Shown here in pieces: positions 1-7,187 of a stretch of DNA of 24,550 nucleotides. The notes beneath the pieces are model-generated. The model saw nothing but the letters and a program-made list of their open reading frames with translations. It was not told where the DNA came from and did not search any database. The DNA lies in IMG/VR virus record IMGVR_UViG_3300031949_000148, positions 1 through 24,550 of that record; one strand, given 5' to 3'. The position numbers and the translations under genes were made by a program. Origin of the DNA: a virus (Duplodnaviria > Caudoviricetes). The first letter of the stretch is position 1, and each line of letters opens with the position of its first letter.

Positions 1-864
1 AAGCAGGCGTACAAGGACTTGGCAAACACACAATTCAGTGGGAGCCTGCCCGATGACGAGGAAGCAGTTATTGCGCCGGAACTGATGCCGACTCCTGCGC
101 CCGCCCCGAGGGGGTTGGAGCCTCCGACGATCGACATTACCCCTCTCGCGCCCACGGAGATCATCGAGCGGCTTGTCGGGAAGGGTGAGAAGCTTGGAAT
201 GTCCAGGGAGGTCATCCTGGCTGCTCTGGCTGAATCGCAGAAGGTTGGCCTCGATGTCGCCGCGTTCGAAAAGAACCTGGACCTGGAGATCGAGAAGCGC
301 GAGCGCAAGACGAAGAAGGGGACGCGCGCTGAGACGAAAGAGACTCCGGCTGCAACACAACCGCCTCCCAGTGAAACAAAACCGCCTGCGGCTGAAACGA
401 AGAAGGCGCCTTCGAAGCCGGTGATCACGATTCGCGGGAAGATTGAGGCGATCGCGGAGCGGTACCGGACCTTCGAACAGAAGGAAGGCGAGAAGCCGAG
501 GGCTCGGCAAAAGTACCTCATCCTGTCGGTTGACGGGAAAAACCACTTTATGTGGGATAGTAAGTGGCACGAGGAAGCGCACAAGGCGATGGAAGCAGAG
601 AAGGTCGTCCAGATCGGATACACGATCTCTCCGAAGGACGATTTGGAATTCCGCGAGGTGAAGGAGTTCCAGGTGCTCGAAGGCGAGCTTGTGGTTCCTC
701 CGGGGTTCGATATTCCCGAAGGGTCTGAGGTCACAAGCGTTGAGGAAGTACCCATTACGAGGGGGCAGGTGGACAGCCCAGAGTTTGGCGAGCCCACGCC
801 GGCGCCGGAACCCGAGGCTCCCGCGGAACCACAGACACGCGGGGACTTCCCGCTGCTGTTCTGA
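1..864 (+). CDS. 5'-truncated hypothetical phage protein with Pro/Glu-rich linkers and a possible OB-fold-like domain; possibly recombination-related
   Basis: The frame is open from base 1 (KQAYKDLANTQF...), so the TTG at 19 is probably not the start. A beta-rich segment (VITIRGKIEAI...KYLILSVDG...VQIGYTI) lies between low-complexity linkers. Function is a guess from context. Confidence 0.7.
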   Translation, partial: KQAYKDLANTQFSGSLPDDEEAVIAPELMPTPAPAPRGLEPPTIDITPLAPTEIIERLVGKGEKLGMSREVILAALAESQKVGLDVAAFEKNLDLEIEKRERKTKKGTRAETKETPAATQPPPSETKPPAAETKKAPSKPVITIRGKIEAIAERYRTFEQKEGEKPRARQKYLILSVDGKNHFMWDSKWHEEAHKAMEAEKVVQIGYTISPKDDLEFREVKEFQVLEGELVVPPGFDIPEGSEVTSVEEVPITRGQVDSPEFGEPTPAPEPEAPAEPQTRGDFPLLF

Positions 865-873
865 GGAGAGGCA

Positions 874-1086
874 ATGCCCCCTGACGATTTGAAAACGAAG
901 AAACCTCCCACTGACAAATTCAGCGAAGTTGTACTGTGTTTCGCTCGGTGTGGAAAATGCGGGTATCAGATGACGACCTCGAATTCACGAGGGCCACTTC
1001 CACTAGCGTTTCAATGTCTGAACGACAAGTGTGAACTGTACGGAGTCTGGTACAAGGTTCCGAGGTTTCCCGTCGAGCGCGCGTAG
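874..1086 (+). CDS. small zinc-finger-like protein
   Basis: GAGGAG upstream; CxxC (CGKC) and CxxxxC (CLNDKC) pairs. Confidence 0.75.
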   Translation: MPPDDLKTKKPPTDKFSEVVLCFARCGKCGYQMTTSNSRGPLPLAFQCLNDKCELYGVWYKVPRFPVERA

Positions 1087-1102
1087 TGCCGGACTGCACA
1101 AA
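1085..1102 (+). repeat. junction inverted-repeat element, copy 1 (AGTGCCGGACTGCACAAA)
   Basis: Overlaps the TAG at 1084-1086 and runs into the AAGGA RBS of the next gene. Confidence 0.7.
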
Positions 1103-1113
1103 GGAACCAGACA

Positions 1114-1347
1114 ATGGCCCTATCCGAAAGCTTGATTGACATTGCCCTTCGAGAACTCGACTCGACGACGTGCGTCTGCGGAGAGGGCAAGAAGCGCAAG
1201 GAAAGCTTCTGCCGGAAGTGTTACTTCGCACTTCCCAGGGGCCTCCGCAACCGGCTGTATCTGACGATCTCCGATGGGTACGCGGAAATCTACGACCAGT
1301 GTAAGGACTGGCTGAAAGAGAACACCGAGAGGATTCCACGTGGCTGA
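1114..1347 (+). CDS. small Cys-rich phage protein
   Basis: AAGGA RBS; CxC...FCxxCY motif; overlaps the start of the next gene. Confidence 0.8.
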   Translation: MALSESLIDIALRELDSTTCVCGEGKKRKESFCRKCYFALPRGLRNRLYLTISDGYAEIYDQCKDWLKENTERIPRG

Positions 1348-2311
1348 CAAGTCCAAGATCGAGTGGCTGAAAGGCCCTGGCGGAGAGCTTGGAGCCTCGT
1401 GGAACCCCATCGTCGCGTATCGCGGCCGACGTCGGGGATGGTTCTGTATCCATGCGAGCCCGGGGTGTATGCGCTGCTACGCAGAGGCAATGAACTCGTG
1501 GCGCGGCAACGAACTTCCATACAGGGTTACGTCGCAGAATAAGCTCAGGATAGAGCTTGACGAGAAAGTCCTCATGCAGCCGCTTCACTGGAAACAGTCG
1601 AGGAAGATATTCCCCTGCTCAATGACGGACCATCTTGGGTCGTGGGTTGAGGACCAATGGATTTACAGGATGTTAGCGATCGCCGCGCTGACTCCTCAAC
1701 ACGATTACCTATTTCTAACAAAGCGAGAGAAGAGGCTTGCCCCGTTATTCCTCAACATGAATCTTAGGCTTCGTGTGGCGTGGGAAGTACGTGAATTCCT
1801 TCTTGGAAGTCATGTAACTATCCAGGCGCTAAATCGTTTGAGAAACGAATGGCCACTCAAGAACGTATGGCTCGGTGTCTCAGTCGAAGATCAGGAGAGA
1901 GCCGACCGGCGCCGTGAGCAGCTCGAGTTGGTTGCCAAGCTTGGCTGGCTGACATGGGTGAGTTACGAGCCGGCGCTCGAGACCGTCGATTGGGTCGGCT
2001 GGAACTTCCTGAAGTGGTTTGTGTGGGGCGGGGAGTCCGGCCCGAGGGCTCGGCCGTTCGAGGTGGGTTGGGGATGGCGAGCCCTCGACTGGTGCCGGCT
2101 GGCAGGTGTACCGTGCTTCGTTAAACAGATGGGCCGAAACGTGCGCGTGAGCATGGTGACCTTCCAGCGGCGCTTCGGCGGAGTAATGAGCTTTAACCGG
2201 TTTGATCAGAAGGCCGGGGAGTTCATCATCAAGCTCAAGAACCGCAAGGGCGGAGACCCGAGCGAGTGGCCAGAGGGCCTCAGGGTAAGGGAATTCCCGA
2301 AAGTGCAGTAA
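1340..2311 (+). CDS. DUF5131 / phage Gp37-Gp68 family protein
   Basis: Family motifs SKIEW, SWNP, CxxxSPGCxxCYA, SMTD, LTKR, NVWLGVSVEDQ, SYEPAL, WFVWGGESGPRARP, FVKQMG and KGGDPSEWPEGLRVREFP. Confidence 0.92.
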   Translation: MADKSKIEWLKGPGGELGASWNPIVAYRGRRRGWFCIHASPGCMRCYAEAMNSWRGNELPYRVTSQNKLRIELDEKVLMQPLHWKQSRKIFPCSMTDHLGSWVEDQWIYRMLAIAALTPQHDYLFLTKREKRLAPLFLNMNLRLRVAWEVREFLLGSHVTIQALNRLRNEWPLKNVWLGVSVEDQERADRRREQLELVAKLGWLTWVSYEPALETVDWVGWNFLKWFVWGGESGPRARPFEVGWGWRALDWCRLAGVPCFVKQMGRNVRVSMVTFQRRFGGVMSFNRFDQKAGEFIIKLKNRKGGDPSEWPEGLRVREFPKVQ

Positions 2312-2320
2312 ATGCACAAA
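2302..2320 (+). repeat. junction inverted-repeat element, copy 2 (AGTGCAGTAAATGCACAAA)
   Basis: Contains the TAA at 2309-2311 and is followed by GGAGAC; identical over 19 nt to the minus-strand copy at 11286-11304. Confidence 0.85.
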
Positions 2321-2332
2321 GGAGACGCAACC

Positions 2333-4180
2333 ATGATCAGGCAGGTTCAACTGAAAGACTTTCGATCGCACGTTTTGACCAACATCGTATTTGAGCCGTT
2401 CACGCTCTTCCTCGGGGCGATGGGCGCAGGCAAGTCGTCGGTGCTTCACTCGATCGCGGTGACCCTGGTCGGCCAGGATCCGATTATCAACGCCAAGGGC
2501 GAGGGCTTGGCGCGCGAGATCCGGAGTGGCGAGAAAGAGTTCCATGTCGGGGTGAAGCTTGACCCTGGGGGCCTCATTGACCGTAAATTCGCCGAGGGCC
2601 GGCACTCGATCGGGATTGACGGCAACTATGCCGGGGTGCGCCAACAGCAGGGGCGCATCCTCGAGCGGTTGAAATGCAGTGAGGACGTTATCCTGGCGCT
2701 CCTCGACCCTACGCCATTCTTCTCCCGGGAAGAAAAGACGCAGCGCAAGGTGCTCCTGCAGTTCATGTCGAACAAGGAGATCATGGCGCCAACCCTGGTC
2801 CGCAAGCTTGGGCTCGCCGAGTCGTTTCAGTCAGTCGGCCAAGTTGACCTGCTCATCAAGGAAATCAAGGAGGACAAGGTCCGGACGCTCAACCGGGAGA
2901 TCGACACCTTGCAGAAGCAGATCACCGAGCCCGTCGAGTTCGACCCTACCCTGAAAGTGTCTCTCGAGAAGCTATTGGTAGACCTGCGCCGGCAGCGCGA
3001 CGAGCTGATCAGGAAGCAGAGCCGGGAAGAGGAGTGGAACCGAACACTCAAAACCCTCGAGGCGGACCTTGTGACGGTTCAACAGGGTGGGCTACTTGCC
3101 GACCTTCAGAAGATCGTCAAGGATTCGGCTGCGACCGAGGCGGAAGGTCGCAAAGTCATCATCGGGTTGAAGAAAGAGTACAAAGAAACCTCCGACAAGC
3201 TCACCGAACGCCAGGGAGAAAAGGCGAAGTGGGAGGGCGACATCAATCGGCTCTCTGAGACCATGAACACCGTCACCGGGATGGGCAAGAAGTGCGGTGT
3301 CGTCGATCGCTTCGAATGCCCGCTCAAGGAAGCCGAAAAGAAGAAGATGATCAGGCAGCTCGAGGACGACATGAAAGAGTTGAAGGAGGGCCTCGAGGTT
3401 CTGGTGCTTGAGACTCAGGATCTCGCGCGGAAGGTTGCTGACCTGGAAGCGACAGGGAAAGCGAAGACCGCGGAGATCGAAGCTGCGGTAAAGCTTCAGT
3501 CACAGACATCTTCCAGGATCGTTCGCATCAATCAGGCGACCGCCAGCCTCGATCAGCACAGGAAGACTCCTGTAGGCGCCGGCAATTGGGCCGAGGAACT
3601 GAAAGACGTGGCCGGGAAGATTGCTGGCGTGGAGATCGATATCGCGGGCCTGACAAAGGCTCAGGATGACGCATCCAGGCGGTCTCTCCAGGTCGCCGAC
3701 GTCCGGGACAAGCAGGCAAGGGCAGAGGAATTGAAGTCTGCGGCCGACGAACTGGCGAAGTTGAAAGAAACCCTACTGGCGGAATCATCCGGAGGATTCG
3801 TTCAAGCCATGAAAGGCTTCCTTGCCACCTTTGGGCTCGGAGAAGTAGAGTTCCATTCCGAACCCTTTGGGTTTACCGTGAACGGGCTCTACGCCGACCA
3901 GCTCTCAGGGGGCCAGAAGGTGGTAGTCGAGGCGGCGCTTCGGGTCGCCGCGGCGAAGAGTTCAGGACTCAACATCATGGCCCTCGACGATGCGAACAAG
4001 CTCGGAGAGAAGGCGCGGCAGAAGATGGCCGGGCTCCTTGCCGGCGCCGGTATCCAGGCGATCGTATGCAGTACGACCGAAATCGAGCCGGCGGGAGGCA
4101 TTATTCCTCCCGGGATGGCGATATACTGGTTTCAGAACCCAAGCATCGTCGGTCCGACGAGCGTTAGGAAATTGGGATGA
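2333..4180 (+). CDS. Rad50/SbcC-like SMC-family ATPase
   Basis: Walker A GAMGAGKSS, long coiled coil with a central Cys pair, ABC signature LSGGQ, Walker B IMALDD. Start moved to ATG 2333, which follows AAAGGAG. Confidence 0.9.
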   Translation: MIRQVQLKDFRSHVLTNIVFEPFTLFLGAMGAGKSSVLHSIAVTLVGQDPIINAKGEGLAREIRSGEKEFHVGVKLDPGGLIDRKFAEGRHSIGIDGNYAGVRQQQGRILERLKCSEDVILALLDPTPFFSREEKTQRKVLLQFMSNKEIMAPTLVRKLGLAESFQSVGQVDLLIKEIKEDKVRTLNREIDTLQKQITEPVEFDPTLKVSLEKLLVDLRRQRDELIRKQSREEEWNRTLKTLEADLVTVQQGGLLADLQKIVKDSAATEAEGRKVIIGLKKEYKETSDKLTERQGEKAKWEGDINRLSETMNTVTGMGKKCGVVDRFECPLKEAEKKKMIRQLEDDMKELKEGLEVLVLETQDLARKVADLEATGKAKTAEIEAAVKLQSQTSSRIVRINQATASLDQHRKTPVGAGNWAEELKDVAGKIAGVEIDIAGLTKAQDDASRRSLQVADVRDKQARAEELKSAADELAKLKETLLAESSGGFVQAMKGFLATFGLGEVEFHSEPFGFTVNGLYADQLSGGQKVVVEAALRVAAAKSSGLNIMALDDANKLGEKARQKMAGLLAGAGIQAIVCSTTEIEPAGGIIPPGMAIYWFQNPSIVGPTSVRKLG

Positions 4181-4458
4181 AGTGGGAAATCTCCATAGGC
4201 GGGAAGGCGTATAAGGTCGAAGCGACCTCAAGAGAAGATGCCGTTAGGCTCGCCTTTGACCAACACGAGGGAGTCATCGGAGTGATCATCAACACCCGGG
4301 TCGTAGGTGAACCAGACGCTGACGCAGTGCCGATGAGGACCGTTGACGTCGCCTGGAAGATCCTCAACGATATGGAATTTGCAATAAAGGCCGATGAAGC
4401 CGCCGTGAAACTCGGCCTGCCAAGCACTCTGCCGACTTCTCTGAGATTGAAAATGTAA
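4177..4458 (+). CDS. hypothetical protein
   Basis: ATGA overlap with the upstream stop; VEATSREDA resembles a motif common in small phage proteins. Confidence 0.75.
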   Translation: MKWEISIGGKAYKVEATSREDAVRLAFDQHEGVIGVIINTRVVGEPDADAVPMRTVDVAWKILNDMEFAIKADEAAVKLGLPSTLPTSLRLKM

Positions 4459-4459
4459 G

Positions 4460-4560
4460 CTTGGGGGTGCGCTGACATCGGGCTCTCTATGCGGCATCAT
4501 TTGAGACCGATTCTGGCTCTGCGAGGACATGCCTCACCAGCATCCAGGCGCACTCCTGGG
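4460..4560 (+). ncRNA. predicted three-way-junction RNA element A
   Basis: Hand-paired: 4460-4472/4548-4560 (13 bp with GU); hairpin ATCGG..TCTC/GAGACCGAT (4477-4511); hairpin CTGG..GAGG/CCTC.CCAG (4513-4540). Confidence 0.45.
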
Positions 4561-4565
4561 GATTG

Positions 4566-4720
4566 AGAGACCGCACCGAAAAGGGGAGGTTATGAAGCGC
4601 AAGCCGTGTCCGCATAGGTGGAAGCCCTACACTTGGGACGCTTCGGGTACGAAAGTTATCACCGAAAAATGCGACTACTGCGGAAAGATTCGTTAAAGAG
4701 ACCGCACCGAAAAGGGGAGG
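4566..4720 (+). repeat. perfect 24-bp direct repeat AGAGACCGCACCGAAAAGGGGAGG at 4566-4589 and 4697-4720
   Basis: Exact match read from the sequence; the repeat contains the SD. Confidence 0.95.
4592..4696 (+). CDS. 34-aa zinc-finger-like mini-protein (MKRKPCPHRW...CDYCGKIR)
   Basis: SD within the repeat; CxHxW...CxxCG pattern; fills the space between the two repeats. Below the ORF-track length cutoff. Confidence 0.7.
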   Translation: MKRKPCPHRWKPYTWDASGTKVITEKCDYCGKIR

Positions 4721-4852
4721 GTGGACGTAATTCTTCCGGGCCTCAGTAGTCTGCTGCAATCCATTGCCACCTTATCCGGCTTGGTAACCGGACGTGGAGC
4801 AGATGAAGCGAAAGTGAGCTACAAGGAGCCCTCCCCGCACACAATCCCATGA
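4721..4852 (+). CDS. possible 43-aa ORF
   Basis: GTG immediately after the second repeat; its stop forms an ATGA overlap with 4849. Confidence 0.35.
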   Translation: MDVILPGLSSLLQSIATLSGLVTGRGADEAKVSYKEPSPHTIP

Positions 4853-5154
4853 AGCGACTTCCGATCCCCGACCAATATCAGAATGACCCCGACTACCTTG
4901 AGATTCTGGCGGTGTGGGTAAAGCCTCGCCAAGCGATGTCGATCTTCCTTGCGCCCGATTCTTTCAAGGACCCGGAGATCTGGGGGTATGTCGTGTCCGA
5001 CGTCGCCAACGACATTGCAAACGCCGTCCAGCAAATGCGCAAGTGTGATAAGGCTGAAAGGGATGAGATCTTACGGAAAATCGTCCAGGTCTTCAATGAG
5101 GAAGTATTCAAGGCTCAAGACAAAAAAATAGGGAAGTTGCTTCGCCCAATGTAA
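4849..5154 (+). CDS. DUF5076-like protein
   Basis: Pattern EILAVW...DPEIWGYVVSDVANDIANA...ILRKIVQVFNEE, recognised by eye. Confidence 0.7.
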   Translation: MKRLPIPDQYQNDPDYLEILAVWVKPRQAMSIFLAPDSFKDPEIWGYVVSDVANDIANAVQQMRKCDKAERDEILRKIVQVFNEEVFKAQDKKIGKLLRPM

Positions 5155-5176
5155 ATTGAATTTCAGAGGAGGAAAG

Positions 5177-5413
5177 ATGTCAAATCCCAACCCGCCTTCG
5201 GGAGCGGCGGTTTATCCCGACCCAGAATACTTGCACTGTGCATTTTGCCGGAGGAAGTTGGCACACTCGGAGCAACCTCCTCAGGCGGTCGGCTTTACGG
5301 CGCCAACACAGGTTTGGTGTGAGAACCCGGACTGCCGAGGCTTCAATGTGGTTAGCGACGTACCGATCTGGAATCTGGCGGGTTCGAAGCATCGCCAGCG
5401 CCAGGGCGGGTAA
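5177..5413 (+). CDS. small zinc-finger-like protein
   Basis: GAGGAGG SD; CAFC and CENPDC pairs. Confidence 0.75.
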   Translation: MSNPNPPSGAAVYPDPEYLHCAFCRRKLAHSEQPPQAVGFTAPTQVWCENPDCRGFNVVSDVPIWNLAGSKHRQRQGG

Positions 5414-5417
5414 TTTC

Positions 5418-5534
5418 AGCGGGGTGCTGGAATTGGTAGACAGGGCGGTTCGCGCTCAGGCGAACCGTGGAGCCGAAGGGACTGAGAGTTCTCTTCGGGG
5501 CCTCTTGTGGGTTCGAGTCCCACCCCCGCAACCA
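5418..5534 (+). tRNA. aberrant tRNA-Leu(CAG)-like RNA, 117 nt, CCA encoded
   Basis: Acceptor GCGGGG/CCCCGC with an A1.A72 mismatch; Leu-type D arm CTGGAATTGGTAGACAG; T arm GTGGG-TTCGAGT-CCCAC; A73 then CCA. The anticodon arm is extended around CTCAGG and the variable region is 38 nt. Confidence 0.75.
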
Positions 5535-5540
5535 ACTTCT

Positions 5541-5605
5541 GCCGGATGTCGGTATCCGCAAGGACCGAAGGGCGCTTCCAGGTTTCCCGCTCTTTCCCAT
5601 CCGGC
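5541..5605 (+). ncRNA. predicted three-way-junction RNA element C
   Basis: GCCGGATG/CATCCGGC closing stem; GCAA-tetraloop hairpin 5549-5568; AGGGCG/CGCTCT hairpin 5569-5593. Confidence 0.5.
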
Positions 5606-5611
5606 CCCAAG

Positions 5612-5706
5612 GTTGGGGACGTGCATCCGGACGCTAGGTGCTCACCGGTGCGACGTTGTGGGTCTGAGCATCCCGAAAGGGATTCACGCAACGACACGTC
5701 CCCAGC
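5612..5706 (+). ncRNA. predicted three-way-junction RNA element B with possible pseudoknot
   Basis: 12-bp closing stem 5612-5623/5695-5706; hairpin 5624-5650; stem CGTTGTG/CGCAACG capped by ATCCC-GAAA-GGGAT; GCTCA (5640-5644) complementary to TGAGC (5665-5669). Confidence 0.55.
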
Positions 5707-5720
5707 AATAAGAAAACTTC

Positions 5721-5748
5721 TTGACAGGTTCTCGCCGGTCAATATAAT
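5721..5748 (+). promoter_or_regulatory. consensus sigma70 promoter for the replication genes
   Basis: TTGACA-N16-TATAAT with an A-rich upstream tract; a GC hairpin at about 5787-5815 lies in the leader. Confidence 0.85.
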
Positions 5749-5835
5749 GTCGTCCTACTCTGATCGCAGCATGTCGTTCGCGTAGACAGGGGGTGGCGCC
5801 GTCACGCCACCCCTGACCCTTGACGGAGGGCAGAC

Positions 5836-6636
5836 TTGAACGCAACAGAACTTCGATATATCCTCAAACGCCCAATTGCTTTCTACCCGATCATAGGAAA
5901 GATCTGCGGAGATGCCGCGACCGGGCTCTTCCTCTCCCAATGTCTCTACTGGTCCGATAAGTCCTCCGACCTAGTAGGCTGGTTTTGGAAGACACAAGAG
6001 GAGTGGACCGAGGAGACTTGCCTTAGTCGGAGAGAGCAGGAGACCGCCAGGGCTAGGCTAAAGGAACTTAACATCCTCGAGGAGAACCACGTCCGGATCG
6101 AGCATCGTTTATACTTCCGAGTTGACCTGGAAAAGCTTAGCTCCCTTGTAAACGCAACGTGCGAAACGTACATTCCCGAATGTCCGAAACCGCCATTGGG
6201 GGGTGGCGGAAACGAGCAGCCCCGAAAGGCGGAAAGCGCCATTCCTAAGAGAACAGAGAGTACTTCAGAGACTACTTCAAGAGAGAGAGAGGTAGAAGTT
6301 TTGAACTACCAAGCTCCAACCCTCTATCTTGAAATGGTGGACTCGCTAAGGGCTCTGGAAAGGATATGGAAGGACCACCCCAGGGCTCGTTTCTGTAAGT
6401 GGGAAGAACCTAAATTCTCATCCTCCTTTGGCCATACCGAAGCGTCTATTGGTAAGGAACCTTTTCGTCGGGCGTGGGTTGAGTATCTTAACTCCCAAGA
6501 GACTCCAACTGCCCTCGGTTTCCTCTACACCCAACCAAAACCGCCGCGCAGACAACGCGGCTCACGACCGTCATCTACACCCTCCGGGCTTTCAGACTCC
6601 GAACGATTAAAGAAGCTCCTTGGGAGATCGAAGTGA
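5836..6636 (+). CDS. phage replication initiator (N-terminal winged-helix type)
   Basis: GGAGG before TTG; N-terminal pattern RPIAF...LFLSQCLYW...GWFWKTQEEWTEETCLSRREQETARARL; TESTSETTS linker; lies upstream of dnaB. Confidence 0.82.
   Translation: MNATELRYILKRPIAFYPIIGKICGDAATGLFLSQCLYWSDKSSDLVGWFWKTQEEWTEETCLSRREQETARARLKELNILEENHVRIEHRLYFRVDLEKLSSLVNATCETYIPECPKPPLGGGGNEQPRKAESAIPKRTESTSETTSREREVEVLNYQAPTLYLEMVDSLRALERIWKDHPRARFCKWEEPKFSSSFGHTEASIGKEPFRRAWVEYLNSQETPTALGFLYTQPKPPRRQRGSRPSSTPSGLSDSERLKKLLGRSK
6159..6250 (+). repeat. four tandem degenerate 23-bp iteron-like repeats (candidate origin)
   Basis: Units start at 6159, 6182, 6205 and 6228, each with GAAA at positions 5-8 and three with CATT at 13-16. 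The period is not a multiple of 3. Confidence 0.7.
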
Positions 6637-7178
6637 CGGTTGATGAGTTTACCGCGGAGATAAAAAAACTCGAGGCGCTGAAGGTTATGCCGGCGCGCGC
6701 CGGGGAGGAAGAGGTTAAAGACCTCCGGAGACTCGGAATCTTCCAACTCACCGAGAAATTCCCCATCGACATTTTCCAGGAGGCGGTAATTCGCCTGTGC
6801 GAACCAGGGGGATCGGAAAGTGCTCCATTCTTTCCGGCGGTCGATGAGATCATCCAAACCTGCTACGAGGTCGTCGAGGATCGAACGCCTAAGACACCTC
6901 GGAGGCTCACAAGTAAATTCAAACCCAAAAAGCATAAGTGCTCAAAGAGACCGGAACGCAGTCCTGCACTGGAACTCCTCCTAACTTTGAAGGTGCCGTA
7001 CGAGGTTAGGCACATCGAGTGTGTCGGCGAGATCCCGGCCACGTGTCCGAAGTGTGGGGGCACCCACCTAATGCCGGATGCTCACTGGTTCATCATGGAA
7101 CTATTTCCTGACGAGACGAAAAAGTGGAATCCACACTTCAAGGGACTCTTGCTCTGCTCGAAATGCGAGAATAAATAA
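6633..7178 (+). CDS. hypothetical protein in the helicase-loader position, with a C-terminal zinc finger
   Basis: GTGA overlap; FFPAVDEI motif; CPKC and CSKC; sits between the initiator and DnaB. Confidence 0.7.
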   Translation: MTVDEFTAEIKKLEALKVMPARAGEEEVKDLRRLGIFQLTEKFPIDIFQEAVIRLCEPGGSESAPFFPAVDEIIQTCYEVVEDRTPKTPRRLTSKFKPKKHKCSKRPERSPALELLLTLKVPYEVRHIECVGEIPATCPKCGGTHLMPDAHWFIMELFPDETKKWNPHFKGLLLCSKCENK

Positions 7179-7187
7179 ACTCTCATC

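Noticed and set aside
800-817. 18-bp identity with 24046-24063 as a terminal repeat or att site
   Set aside because: Both copies encode APEPE in Pro/Glu-rich tails, so low-complexity convergence explains the match.
4566-4720. Direct repeats as a mini CRISPR array
   Set aside because: Only two copies, a 107-nt coding spacer, an SD inside the repeat and no cas genes in the window.
5418-5534. tRNA-Sec or opal suppressor (TCA in the loop), or tmRNA
   Set aside because: The discriminator is A and the D arm is Leu-type; there is no extended acceptor stem, no U33 before TCA, no G3.U70 and no tag frame.
5612-5706. Pistol or hammerhead ribozyme
   Set aside because: The topology is loosely pistol-like, but the AAA linker, GCG and GU cleavage site are absent, and there is no CUGANGA core.
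6958-6970. Eighth copy of the junction element (GCAGTCCTGCACT)
   Set aside because: It is partial, inside a CDS and antisense to it, so it was not counted.
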